A stretch of 64,000 nucleotides of DNA from Paramecium tetraurelia. Its lineage: Eukaryota. The notes beneath the pieces are model-generated. The model was not told where the DNA came from. It searched no databases and worked only from the letters and a program-made list of their open reading frames with translations. Shown here in pieces: positions 43,158 to 58,718 of this stretch (the first letter of the stretch is position 1; every line of letters starts with the position of its first letter). Location of the stretch: NCBI GenBank assembly GCA_000165425.1, contig CT868669.1, forward strand, positions 62,001 through 126,000, given 5' to 3'. Position numbers and translations under genes: made by a program.

Positions 43158-43751
43158 TCATTACGACTCCTTGTGTTGTTTGCAGTAGTTGATATAATTT
43201 TAAATAATTGTGTGTGCAAATGGTTTTATCCTGTTTAGACAAGATTACAGTTGATCAATTTTTACTTGAGAACTCTGGGCTAATAAGCTTAAGCTTATTC
43301 CTCCTTTGTGGTAGTAGATTATGTCACAGGCAATTTTGACTGCCAATGCATGTTAAATTGGTTTAGAAAGTTTGTTTACGTATTTATGAATGATTTTATG
43401 CATTAACTGGCACAGCATTTTTTATTTTTTGTCCATCTGAAGCTTTTCGCACAATTAAGTTAACATGTTGTTTAGTCGATAATTGATGTGTTAAGCAAAT
43501 TATTGTATTTTCTGCGGGAACATTGATTATTCCAGATTCAATTAGAGCATGGCACAGCAGACTATAGCTTATGCATGGAAATTGGTATTGGGTAATTGAA
43601 TGATTGTCATTATTTGGACACATTGTTTTTCAATTAGGGCATTAAGGTTGAATTTGATGATCAAATGAGTGATTTCATCAAATAAGGAATTTCGTTTAGG
43701 TGGAGTTTGACTTCTTTCTTCAAACTTTGGGACTGGAGGCCGTTTTGACAT
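43158..43751 (-). CDS. 197-aa hypothetical all-helical protein, possibly cyclin/TFIIB-like fold
   Basis: Intronless open frame MSKRPPVPKF...AQAIVCCAM...LCEKLQM...HALAVKIACDII...GISLSLLAQSSQVKIDQLQSCLNRI. The fold is inferred from helix pattern only. Confidence 0.7.
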
Positions 43752-44512
43752 GAGTTGTTTATATTATTAAACATTAAACATTTACTATTCCTTATTTAAC
43801 ATAAGAGGACAAAACATACCGTAATATAAATCAATTATAATATTAAAAATGAAAGTAAAGTTATTTGAGTATGTTTTAGAAATATTATGAAAATTGAATC
43901 ATATTTTAGAATAATTTTGGAAAACTTATAATATCCATAGGTTAAATCTTGGACATCAATGTGAGTCTATAGGTTTAAATAATGCTCAAATAACAAAAAG
44001 TACTATGGGCTTATGTCAAATCCAAGGGAGTAATTTTTGAGATGAGTTGGAAATCAAAGATATATCAACTCATTTATTTTAGATTGATTTCTTATAATTT
44101 TGGAAATATAAAAATTATGATGAATTACATTTTCATCAGTTCCAATTGAATGGGTAAAAATAAGATTTATAAATTTATCATTAAATAATTTGAAAATGCT
44201 TCAGATATTGAAATGGAAGATTATAACGAAATTTATTTTTAAAAAGTTACCACGACTTTAATAATATTTATATAAATTTTAATTAAATGCTAGCAAATGC
44301 ATTTTAATTTAATTATGATTAAAAATTTTAATACTCTTTTTTATTCTCATAATCGATAAAGTGACGAAAAATGACAGTTGTTTGATTTTGTTAGAGCTCT
44401 CGAAATCGGAAAGATTGCGTAATTAATTAGACATGGAACTTCTCCAATTTAATTAATTAATAGGATTCTAAAATTTATGCTTTATTTTAATTACACATTT
44501 ATTAATTTTGAA

Positions 44513-47224
44513 ATGATTTATTCTCAGTAAACATTATAAGAGAACAAAGAAATGGATTTACAAGGTATTGATACTTCTGAGCACCCTTTAGCTCAATTAT
44601 AATCCTTGAAAACTCGGTACAACCAAGTATTTTAAGGAGTTATTTTAGGAACGATAAGAGTTTGTGCTTTTTATGCAAGAGTACATTGTAGATTGCCTTA
44701 CTTATGAAAATCAAGAGATTGGAGATGATGTACAGACGTTCTATAATATCAGTAGGTTGTTTAAACAATAAAAAATATATGTTAAAAAATGGTGCTTAAA
44801 CCCTTATGGAATTATGAAGATTTAATTGTGGAATTAGAGCAGCAACTAGAGACCTAGACACGTATGCAAACACTTTCTATTTTTAATATTTTTAGACGAT
44901 TATATCGTATTGAATTAAGTCAATTTAATCATTTCCAGTTTCGATGCATAATACTAAAACAAGTTTAATTAAATAAGTACCCACTGTCTGTAGACACTAA
45001 AAAGCCTATGTTCTACAGAGAAAAGGTAATTAAAGAGGATGAGCCTTTATATTGAAGGTATATATAAACAATAACCAAAGTACAAGAATTAATTCCGAAT
45101 TAATAGGATAGAGTGGAAGAGATTCATGAGCTTCTTACATCATTAGTCTAGTACAATCTAATTATATTAAACTAGAATTCAAGATAATGTACTTTCCATG
45201 GATTTCTGGAACTATCCTCCCTACTAATTTCTGAGCACAACTTAACAAGATTTATCATATTAGGTCAAAAAATAGAATGTCGATGTTATTTTGATTGACA
45301 CATATGGGATCAATCAAGAAGTAGCAAGAGCTCTGTTTTAGCTATTGCCAGATTATGAACTTATTTTGCCTCAGCTCCTATCCACAATTAACATAACCAA
45401 GGGCAATTTGTAACATGTAAGAAATTTTAAATTATACATTATCTCAGAGCTTGTCCAATCTGTACGATTTACAATTGAAAATGACAGATCAGTTGAATCC
45501 TTTTACTTTGAAGGGAAAGGGAATGGTTTGTTGCCAGGGTGAAGGTTTCGCAACAAATGAATTTATATGTTTTTACTTTGGAGAAGTTTATTCGCCTTAA
45601 AGGTGGTTTGAAAAATAAACAATATTCAACAAGAGAATGCAAGATGGCAATCGAAAGACATGTTCGTAAAGTCCTTACGTCGAATTCTTCATAAATGATG
45701 ATTTATTGGTAATGTTTAAAAAATATTTTTAGTTTATTGACCCCACTCGGTATGGGAATATGGCTTAGCACATTTCATATTCGTGTGATCCAAATTGCAG
45801 ATTAGTCACAGTAATTGTCAATTAGCAGAATTTATTGGCAGTTATGACAGCAAAGAAAATAAATTACTTAGAAGAATTGACTTTGCCTTTTCCTCTCACT
45901 TGTATGGACTAGTGTCTATGCGGATCATTGCATTGCAAGAGAGTATAGCATCTCGAAATGGAAAATGCCCATCAAAGTAGCATTTACCCAAATTATATAT
46001 AAAGAAATGTAATTTTGCTTTAATCTACCCTAATGAGCTGCCAAAACACTCAGAGCGATATTCCTGAGTGGTTGGCGAATTGGTAGAAACTCAACCATCA
46101 ATAAAATTATATTAATATATTTTCCTGTGTTGACAAAGTTAAGTTTGCATTATAACATTTGAAGACGGTGTAACCGCCTATTTTTCTAGTAACTAACATT
46201 TTCGACTAATTCTGGAAGAATTATGGATCCAACACTCAGAAGATTCAGTTGGAGTCATCCATAATAAATGAAATTGTGATATTCCTGAAAAGACACTCAT
46301 AATAACATTAGTGCAGTATAGGGTTAGAAATAATAAAATAGATGAAGCAGATTATTGATCAAAATAGTATTTACGCTCTAGAATTGACTAGAATGCTATT
46401 CCTTTTATTGAGTGAGATTATTTTAAATATAGAATCTTGCTCATTCAATAACAAAGCATTTGCTACCATATTGTACTTTATGTCATTTACCCACACATAC
46501 TTTTCATCTACCCAATACTAAGGATTCGATTCGAAACCTTTTGAGGAGAATGAATTCGAATATATTCCTTAACCAAAAAATAAATCCAAATTGGCCTTGT
46601 CTAAATAATACACTCCTTAGTTTATCTGGGGTTAATTAATCAATTGGAATAAGTAAACACTTCAAAATCCTTAATCTTCAATGGCACAAGAAAGGAGAGG
46701 TGTTTTATGCTATCCATCATTGTTGTTATCATTTGATAATAAACACAAGACTTTTCCTTATTAATGTAAGACCAGGGAAATATATTTGGAATATTTTTAA
46801 TCGAAAAAAGAGATACAGCCTGATCTATCAACTTGGTCGTATAAAAATTAACACAAGTACTTAATATACATAATTTTAGCATTTATGGTACCATATTTTT
46901 TGAATAATATTTTTCATAACAAATAGTAGGGGAGGATTTCGTGAGTCAAATTTGTAAATTAGGAATGCAATCATTTGAAACCAAGTTTCAATATTGGTTG
47001 CATATAGAAAATTGTTTTAATATGAAACAAGAGATGATCGATGAATTACAGACAATCTTTTAAGAGTATAAATTTATACTAATATTCTTAGAAAATTTTA
47101 AACATTTTTTGATCAAACTCCCAAAAGCAATTCTTGTACAGAATATGTTAACATTATCAAGAAAAAAGTTAAATTTAATCAAGATACAATAATTGCAGAG
47201 GAAACTCAATTTAGCGCATATTGA
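44513..47224 (+). CDS. ATXR3/SDG2-type SET-domain protein with degenerate catalytic motifs; apparent frameshift near 44770
   Basis: KGKGMVCCQGEGFATNEFICFYFGEVYSPQRWFEKQ, DPTRYGNMAQHISYSCDPNC, EELTLPF, post-SET CLCGSLHCK, C-terminal YTPQFIWGQLINWNKQT..RRGVLCYPS. Ends approximate. Confidence 0.85.
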
Positions 47225-47368
47225 TTTAATAACTCTTTCAATTTGAATTCTCAATCTCTATATAAATATTGCATAAATCAAAAATAATGCGGGATGTAAT
47301 TAAGAAATTTTAATTACTTTAATATTTTTATTATTTTATATAATTAACTTTTTTTTATAGTTTGATTT

Positions 47369-48567
47369 TCAATGGTTATCAATTTCTTTCTTATTTCAGA
47401 ATTTCTTTGTTGTCATACGTGTTTATTTCCTCGTATTTTTTGCCCTTCTTAAACACATTAATTCCTATCTGCATCATAAAGTAGGTCCAATATATGTGCA
47501 TACCAAACAAGATGCACATCTGGACAATGAGGTACTTGTTACCCCATGCAGCTTCAGGACTTGAAAATTATATAAAAATTTCATTACTAGTCTGAGTAAT
47601 TCAATATTGCCTCCAAAATAATTTAAGGAAATATGATCACTCTGGTATAAATCCATGTGAATAAAAGCAATACGTATTGGATATACATGAGAGATTTGAT
47701 TGATTTTAAGTCATGTTGAGCCCTTGAGAGAGATAAAATGATATCAGCAATATCATGAATTCCCAATACAACAATTCCGAATCGAACTAAATAATAAATA
47801 AGATATGCTAACATTGATTATAAAGGGATGAGAAGATGAGCAGACAGGTTGCAAGAGTGTGATGCAACATATACTCCCAATACTTGGTTTCTACTTCCTT
47901 CCTCTTTATTGCCAAGTGGATCAAGGCATATAAATGATTCGCTGTTTGAATCATATAGAAGGGGATCACCCATTTATTCTAAAATTCTTATATCAATTGT
48001 TACATTGATCATATTAGGAAAATCCTACCAAATACCTGTGTAATTGGTACCTCCCAACCCATTTGGATACCAAGGCTCTTCGCGAAAGAAATACCAACAG
48101 AGTATCTAAATATATTCAATCTCATTATGTACAGAAGTTGTTGAATAGTATACTCCATCAAATAGCCATTTTAAAATTTTTTTAACCCTGATGTCTCTGA
48201 ATTCTCCAGAATATTACGCTGATATGGTCCTATATACAAAATCATGGAATAAGAAATTTACAGTCCATTTGGAGTACTATAATTTTAATATTTCACTTAC
48301 ATGAACGATGATTAATCCCAATAGCATGATGCTGAAACTGGAATAGGATATTACAGGAATGTCAGTCATTATTAAGTACTATCTGAAACGTAAGGCATCA
48401 AATACAAAGAAGGAAAGTATAGCTAGTAGTTATCGATTAGAATTACATGCTAAAAGGATGAATAAGAGTCTGAAAGTCTCTTCATAGGACAGATGTGATA
48501 TTCTGAAATAATAGAAATTTGCCTTTTTGAAAAATGACTTGCTATTTGATTTCAAAATGGGATTCAT
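47369..48567 (-). CDS. Ceramide synthase (LAG1/TLC domain); alternative start at 48369
   Basis: FYMIQTANHL, KYWEYMLHHTLATCL, FGIVVLGIHDIADIILSLSR, FTWIYTRVIIFP. Confidence 0.9.
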
Positions 48568-48639
48568 TTTAAAATGATATATTTAATTAATAATATTATA
48601 GTTAATATGATATTTTATATTAATCACAGAGATTAGATA

Positions 48640-49218
48640 TATTTTTTAATTAATGAAAATTATTACATTAATAAACGCAGTATTTCCTAATATAAATATA
48701 AAATTATTGAGACTTGGTTTCTAAATTAATTGTATGGTTGAGTTCCTTTAATAATAATAGTAATTTTCTACAAGTCATTCTACTTTATACTGTTTCGGAT
48801 TAGTAAAATTTAAACCTTATTATATGGGTGTTTCAATTTTCTATAAATCGAATATAAATATATCAGTATTCTGTTTTACTTCTTAAAAAAACTTCATTCT
48901 TTTACATCTTATTTGATTTTTCATTAATGTGACTTAATTCATTTCCTTTACTTTTAAATTATATCACATCAAAATTTTCTTATCATCCAAAAAGTATTAT
49001 GCAATAATCATAGAGTAAACACTAAATTCAGTTGATAACAGTAATGATACTTACTCCGATGTTTCCCATAAAGAAGTAGTACATTCCCAGTAATAAAAAA
49101 TGGTTTAATCATATTGAAAAGGACCATTCTTCATAAAATCAAATAATGAATTAAATTCTTAAATTTCTGTGTAATTCTTGTTGTTGTGTAAATAATTGAA
49201 TAATCTGTCTGTGAACAT
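48640..49218 (-). pseudogene. Possible decayed gene with in-frame TGA codons
   Basis: Protein-like frame from MFTDRLFNYLHNNKNY continuing through two in-frame TGAs without frameshift; no family recognised. Confidence 0.25.
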
Positions 49219-49355
49219 TCGATCATCTACAAATGAATTAAAAGGAATTGATCAATATTATTAGTAATATTTTTGAATGAATAATGTATTAATTACTTAT
49301 TATAAGTTCAATATATAAGTATATAACAAAAGATTTGATTTATAATAATATTATT

Positions 49356-51240
49356 ATGGAAGGATATCTTAAAAAGTGGACTAACATAGTTACTAGGTGG
49401 CAAGACAGATACTTTATTTTGAATGATCACATTCTCCATTATTGTGAGCATCAAGGAGGATAATCCAAAGGTTAAGTCCATTTAAAGGTGGCCGCAATCA
49501 TATTGGTTCCTGAAGATCCTTTAAGAATCATCTTAAACACAGGGACAAACGAAATATAGTTGAGAGCTTCGAGTGTACCTGAAAAAATAGAATGGGTGAA
49601 TGCTTTAAAAAGAGCTTAAGAAAGTTGTTAGGAAACTATTTCTCGAGATCATATCAAAGAAGTGAATGACATTCTAACTGACATTTGGGTTACACAAGCA
49701 GCATGTATCATAATGCCTTTCTAGAATTAGTTGATGAAACCCTAAACATACTTGTACCTAAATTGGAGAGATAACCAAAGTATGTAGAATTGGCTGAGAA
49801 ATTAAGTGAATTAGGATAAAAGATTAAAATGAATGTGACAATATGCACTTAATTGTTGGAAGTGGAAAAAGAGAAGTTAGAAACTCAACAGTCAGGTATT
49901 TTTGAAATAATTTTTAGGAGATAATTAAACTTTATTTTAATCATTTAGAAATATCTCCAGCAGGATTGACGATTTCAATAGATAAAGTTCAGCAATTAGT
50001 TCTAGTAGTTCTTTGTCAATCCAAGACATCTTAGAGCCTCTTAGATACGACTAACCAATTAAATATGTAAATATATTATTGATCTTAGAAAAATCTTATA
50101 AACAATTCTGTGTTCTAAAAAATCTAATTCACAAGTCAACAATTTAGAACTGCTTTACCTAGAACTTAAGACCCAAATGAGAAGCTGAAAGTTTGGAGTT
50201 TAATTAAGGACTTGATTGGTAAAGATCTTTCAAAGTTTGCTGTTCCTGTATATTTTAATGAGCCTTTGTCTATGCTTTAAAGATTGGCTGAGAATCTAGA
50301 ATACTATCAAACATTAATTGAAGCCAATCAAGAATAAGACTAGTGGCTCAGGATGTGCTATGTTATGGGATTTGGAGTCAGTGCTTATTCTAGTAATATA
50401 GATAGACATAAGAAACCATTTAATCCTATTTTAGGTGAGACTTTCGAAATCTAAAATAAGTAATTCAGATTTGTAAGTGAATAAGTTTCTCATCATCCTC
50501 CTATATCTGCTGGCTTTGCAGAATCGAATGATTTTGAAATGTAGATGTAAACAGATCTATAGACTAAGATGTCCCCCAGATCCATGGAGGTGTAACCTAT
50601 AGGAAATGTCTACATTAAACTAAAACAATGTAATGATCAAATCTCTTATAATAAATGCACTACAAAAGTTCACAATATCATTTTTGGAAACATGTACATT
50701 GAACATATTGGTGAAATGGTTTTTCATAATCATACTACTAATGACAAAGGAGTGTTGACTCTTTCTGAAAATTTTAAAATGGTTGGCACTGTTTGTGATA
50801 GTCATGGAAAAGAAAAGTATAAATTGAAAGGATAATGGAATGATTAGCTGATTGCTCTTAATGTTTAAACAGGATAAGAAACTGTTGTATGGAAGAGATA
50901 TGAATTACCTTAAGATTATAAAAATTACTTCTACTTTACTAAATTTGCTATGAATTTGAATCTACTCAATATAGATCTAATTAAATCACTCCCATGCACT
51001 GATTGTAGATTAAGACCTGATTAGCTAGCTTTGGAATATGGGTTCATTGATTTGGCAGCCGATGAAAAGAATCGATTGGAATAGAAACAAAGATAGAGAA
51101 GAAAGGAAATGCAAATTGCTGGTTAAAAGCATATGCCATAATTTTTTGAATTGATTAAGGAACCATGCACAAACGAGATGGTTTATAAATACAGAGGTAA
51201 TTATTGGAGGAAGAAAGGAGAAGGCATGGACTTGTTTTGA
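49356..51240 (+). CDS. Oxysterol-binding protein-related protein with N-terminal PH domain
   Basis: [22 protein letters not shown] (PH), [61 protein letters not shown]. Confidence 0.95.
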
Positions 51241-51267
51241 TTACTTATATATACACATATAAGATTG

Positions 51268-51990
51268 TCAATTAAATGATTAAATCCTTTATATAAGTTT
51301 ATCCAATTAGTTATCTTGATTGAATTCTTTAATTAATTAATAGAAATGCTCATTCTTAGGATTTATGGTATGAACTAAATTTATAGTTAATTAAATTATT
51401 TACTTCTTAATTTGTCTTCGAATTTTATTTGAATGTGAATATTCTAGTTGTATTCCAATTGAATGTCAAGGATCTTCTGATGATAATCATATTCCAAATA
51501 CACTCCTGTTATTTGCTATAATTAAATTATTAATTTCTCTTTCATCTCTCTGTCTTCCTTAAGTTAATTAATATCATTCTAACACTCTAAGATTCAATGA
51601 ACAATATATACTAATGAGTTTCTCTTATAACTTTATGTAATTTGAATTCTCATTGCAAGATTATTCGATGAGGGATTCGATCTTCTGGTTTTACTCTTAT
51701 TGAAACGAGATTAATTAACCAAGTTGGATTTAAATATTCTCCTTATTCCCTTTTGATTTCAACTTGAATTGCTGTTCTTCGATTAGCTTCTTATATTAAT
51801 CAATTTATTGTTATTGTTACATTTGAACTTCTTTATGTTGGAGGATTTTATCATTATACAATTTCTTTTTTTAATCTAATAAAGTTTACAAGATCTTTTT
51901 AGATTTTTCGATCTCGCTTTGGACTGAATTTTAATACTCAAAAAACTAGAGAATTTAAATTTAAGACTTTTACTCAATATTATTATTCAT
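51268..51990 (-). CDS. ~220-aa coiled-coil protein with RWD-like C-terminus, candidate kinetochore Spc25
   Basis: About 150 aa coiled coil, two short introns, then ITGVYLEY..ILDIQL..IHIQIKF..LRIHTINP..LIKEFNQDNQLDKLIQRIQSFN. Confidence 0.65.
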
Positions 51991-52005
51991 AATATTAATT
52001 ATTAA

Positions 52006-52877
52006 TCATTAGATTATTTCCGATGTTGAAATTTGAGGATATTAAACATTTGCAATATGTTATATGACCTATGGCCTTTGACTATTGCTAAGATCTCTCC
52101 CTCTATTCTCTATCAAATTCAACTCATCTGGATTGATGATGTGATCAATATCCTGTCTCTAATCAAGAATCTCCCAATCAACTCCGACATTGCCTCTAAC
52201 CAATTCCAATATCATGTAAACCAAATAAAGAACCAACAATAGTATCAGCAACACTATAATTGCAACTAACGAAGACATCTCTTCGGGGTGCTAAACTTCC
52301 TTATAAAACCAATAGGAGAGACCACTCAAGCCACCCAGAGTGATGATGAGTCTGATTAAGAAGGAGACGAGTTCTGTTATTTTACTCTAAAAATGCTAAG
52401 ATTTAAAAGGATACAAAATTCTTTTATTGATAAGCCTCTATTTTCCTAATCTTATACGCAATTCCACAATTAGAACATGTAGTAACATCATTTGTAAATG
52501 GTCCAGTTGTTGCTAGCAGTTTCTTTTTAAAACAGCTTGAATGGTAGAAGTTCTAATTAGAAATCAAGTTTTAATACTTCGCATTGACAAGGCTATATTA
52601 AATTCATATCATCTAAATTTTCGCATATTTGACATTAGATTATCATATTTTCTGTTCTGGAAACAGAAAGTTGATTGCCAGATATCTTCCTGGGTTGTTA
52701 TTGCAATTTCATAGGAGTGAGATTATTTACAGAATTACTCATACTATGAGCAATTTGGACATTATCGAATTCAGTATTTCTTTGAGAATCCTATTTGAAA
52801 TTCTATGAACTTGAGATAAAATTGTTTTGGGGTGACAGTATTTTGATCTGGGTTTCTGATTTCAAATGAGAACTCAT
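52006..52877 (-). CDS. RING-variant (MARCH-like) membrane E3 ligase
   Basis: CQIC..LIQPCQC..YHSSC..CSNC (C4HC3 spacing) followed by two TM helices and a WEIL motif. Confidence 0.8.
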
Positions 52878-52965
52878 AATTTTAATAATATCACTATTTT
52901 GCACCTCATTTGTGAATTTTTCACTAAGAAATTGATTATATTAGTATAAATTTTTATTAATAATT

Positions 52966-54382
52966 TCAAGCTTCAAATTATTAAACTCCTTTTACATATT
53001 AGTCCAATCTTTTCTGTCTTACCGATAAATAAATAATGCATATGGAGAACACAAACAACAAAGTTAATGCAACACTAATGACTACAACTAACCAAGTGGC
53101 TATTTCTTTTTGAATTTTGGGAGTCTATAGAATACAAAAGATAATATTACTAACCAGCATTCCTCCTCATAGTTCTTTACATTTTGTAATTGAATAATGG
53201 AAGTGAATTCTTCATAATCACACTTGTATTTATTATTGCAAATTGGCATCACAGTGCCATTATATAAGACTTAAACATAATACTGATCCTCTAATCCCTG
53301 CTTCTTATACAATTCAAATATAATATTGCTAGCATAGCCTGGGAAGGTGTAGATGCAGTTCTTATTCGATACTTCCTATTTGAAATACACTTGTTTTAGA
53401 CACTCAACAGTTGTTAAATTAAGAGCATTCAAAATCAGTTCAACAGTTGTATCATGAGCAGAGAAAATTCTGAACTTGTGCTTTGTTAGTTTGTTTAACA
53501 CATTCTCCATATTGTCCAAGACTTTGGTAAAGAATGGAGTGGCCAAAAGACGAGCTTAACTGAAATATATCAATCATTTTTACTCAAAGTCTATATTATG
53601 CTCAAGAGAGAAGTACAAATACTGGAGGAGTTTCATCTAAGCCTTAGTGCTTTCTTTGAGTTTGGGGAGCGAGTACCCATTGAATTCACAAGAATCGAAT
53701 GTGTCTTGATATTCGTATAAATCTGTGATATTCTAAATGATATTCCTATTTATACTAATAGGGATGCATCGATTCCAAGTTGTTCTGCTAAATCCAATAT
53801 TAAGGATTAGGACTTGAGATTGATTTCATGGTACAATTTAGAATTGACATTGCTGTTAATTATTTCTTCATTTCTTGGACAAGCCACGGGATCATATCCT
53901 CTTAAATAGATGTCTGCCTTCTTCTCTCTTACGTGAACGGGAACTACTTGCAATAACCCAGGAATGGCTTCATTTCCCAAATCTTCGAAAGTAATTTCGT
54001 TGGGAGGAAGTAGATAGGAGTGATCAAGATTCGGATTTACTTTTGGACCTGTTCCTAATGGATACATGCCTTAAAGATTGCTCAATGCACTCATTATCGT
54101 TCGATTTACATCTGTGCTCTCAATGTAGATTTCTGCCTCATTGTAATTCTAACTCAAAAATTTCTAGTCCTCAATGTATCTCTTTCTCAACCATTATCCC
54201 AAAACAAAATGTTGTCTCATTCCGGTGGCTGTCAAGTACCCATTCAACATCCCCTATTACTTAAATTCTTCGCATTTCCAATTACAATGAAGTGGAGTAC
54301 GAGCACCGTGTCTCCATAAAATTTACGATAATACTAATTAGTCTGCAAATGCTTAGGAAATAAGTATAAGAAGGAACAACAT
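52966..54382 (-). CDS. Histidine acid phosphatase, lysosomal type
   Basis: Signal peptide, WRHGARTP, LTATGMRQHFVLG, FSAHDTTV, PGYASNII, C-terminal TM helix. Confidence 0.93.
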
Positions 54383-54832
54383 GTATTAATTAATGAAAAA
54401 AAAGATTCTTATTTTAATAACATTTTTTTGATTTCTAATAATATTTAATTTCCTGTATTTATTCTATAAAATAATGCTAAGTAATATCGCTCAGTGATAA
54501 CAGATACTACAATGGTGTGTAATTAAAAAAGAAGTCTAATCGAAATCATTTTAATATTCAGAAGAGTGAATCAATTAAAATAGTTCTTATTTGTAAGGAT
54601 TTATTGTAAGATTATGCATTTAAATTTAGATTTTTAAATTTCCAAGTGCTTTTTTGAGATGGTAATATTCAATAGGAATATAGTTTCATTAAAGGTAGTT
54701 TAAAATCTTACAGCAACTTATTATAAATTCGAATTAAACTGTGTGTGAACACATAATGTGGGAGATGTAATATATAAGAAAATTTTAAATCTTTGGAAAT
54801 TAGAAATTAATTTTATTCACACGTCATAAGTG

Positions 54833-56856
<2,024 letters not shown>

Positions 56857-56918
56857 TTTATGTCTTTATTTTATATAATTTGATAATCTAACAAAAATAA
56901 GTAGAATAAATATTGTAA

Positions 56919-57767
56919 TCAGTATGGATCAGTTTTGATCTTCAATTTTTAATATTGATTTCCTAAAAATTCATTCAAAGACTCCATCTGATCTGTTAAC
57001 TGTTTTTTCTCAATCTTATTCACTTTATCTAAGTAATCAGCTGAGTCTAATAAATATTAGTTCATGCTCATAAATGATTGAACCAAAGAGGGTGGTTTGT
57101 TTAATTTAAATGACTTTTTCCACTGTTAATAGAACTCTCCTTGTAACATAAACTTTTGGATATTTTCTTGATATTTTAAGTCATTAATCGTAACACCTTT
57201 AAATATATCAGGCAACTTCATTTATTACAGTTCCCTCAAGGTTTACTGCTTGACTAACTGTTAATCCATCTTCAATTGTTAATTAAGTAGCTTCATAGTT
57301 TCCTTTTTTCGCTTGATCTGATTACTAACAGCTATTTTTGGTAGCATCTGGTATCCATGAATTATTTGTTGTTCAGATTTATGCTTGTTGATTGCAGGTG
57401 CTTTCTATTAGACTGCCTCATCGTGAGAGATGTATTTATCAAGATTATCAAAAATCAATTAATTATAGGAATCATCCTCAAAGGTCTCCTTCTTAAGATC
57501 CAAGTAGACTGAATCGAAATTGATCCTTTGCCTTCGAGAGGTTAAAGCTTCTTTGGCTTTATTTAGAATTGAGGATGATTAAAGTGGTTGCAATGATTTT
57601 TGAGGGGGAGACTCATCTTGCGTAGGAAAATTGGACAGTATTGATTCAAGTGCATTTAGCTTGAGCTTTAGTTGGAAGTGTGGTTTTTTTTGTAGAATCT
57701 TGGTAATTCTGGTCTTTGCGAGATTTGCTTTTAGAATCACCTAAGCATTCTAATTATCATTATTCAT
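56919..57767 (-). CDS. Hypothetical protein (~282 aa)
   Basis: Uninterrupted ciliate-code frame MNNDNQNAQVILKANLAKTR...KLKIKTDPY-TGA. Confidence 0.7.
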
Positions 57768-57778
57768 AATTTTAATTA

Positions 57779-58690
57779 ATGCTCAGAAAGAACGTAAGAC
57801 TTAGAAAGGAGTATCTCATGAGGATAGAAGACGAAAAAAGAGCAAAGCAGAAGTATGATAACAAAATGAGATTGCTCAATGCTGAAATTGAAAGGAAGAA
57901 TGTCCCAACTGACCTTTACAGAGAGGAGGAGAATCTCAGAAAAGAAATCAATGCATAAGATGATAACACCATAGGTTGATCAGTATCCTTATTCGTTAGT
58001 GCCAAGAACTCATTTAGATGATGAATATGCTATGAGTTTTTATAGAGAACCTCAAATAGTATTGACTACAAGTAGATCTCCATCCTAGAGGTTGATTACT
58101 TTAATGAAAGAGATGGGATTAATATTCCCCAATTGCACTAGAGTTAATCGAGGTGCCTTGGTGGTCAAGGATCTCGTCATTCATTGTTAACAAAAAAATT
58201 TCTCAGATCTTATAATTGTTCATGAGCATCGAGGAGAACCCGATGGATTGATTATATCCCATATGCCCTTGGGTCCAACCATCTATTTTGGAGTAAAAAA
58301 TGCTGTCTTGCGTCATGATTTGGATGTGCGAGCAGGTTATCTATCATGGTTATCTTAGATCCCCTGTCTGAGCAGTATCCTCATTTGATTTTTGATAACT
58401 TCTCAACCAAGTTGGGAGAAAGAGTCACCACCATTCTAAAGCATCTATTCCCAGTCCCTAAAATAGATAGCAAAAGAGTCCTTACTTTTCACAATGAAAA
58501 TGGAGTCATTTCATTCAGACATCACACTTATTAGAAATCATTCAATCAAGTTGATCTAAATGAATAAGGTCCAAGATTTGAATTAAAACCATACAAAATT
58601 ACCTTGGGTACTATTGGATAGAAGGAAGCCATTGTCGAATGGTAATTAAGAACCTTTATTAACACAGCTGGTAAAAAAAGTGTATTATGA
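57779..58690 (+). CDS. IMP4: U3 snoRNP protein IMP4 (Brix domain)
   Basis: [72 protein letters not shown]. Confidence 0.96.
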
Positions 58691-58718
58691 AATTGTATGT
58701 AAATAATTAATTTATTAA

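Noticed and set aside
48640..49218. Selenocysteine or TGA read-through
   Set aside because: No redox-motif context or recognisable SECIS; decay or chance explains it.
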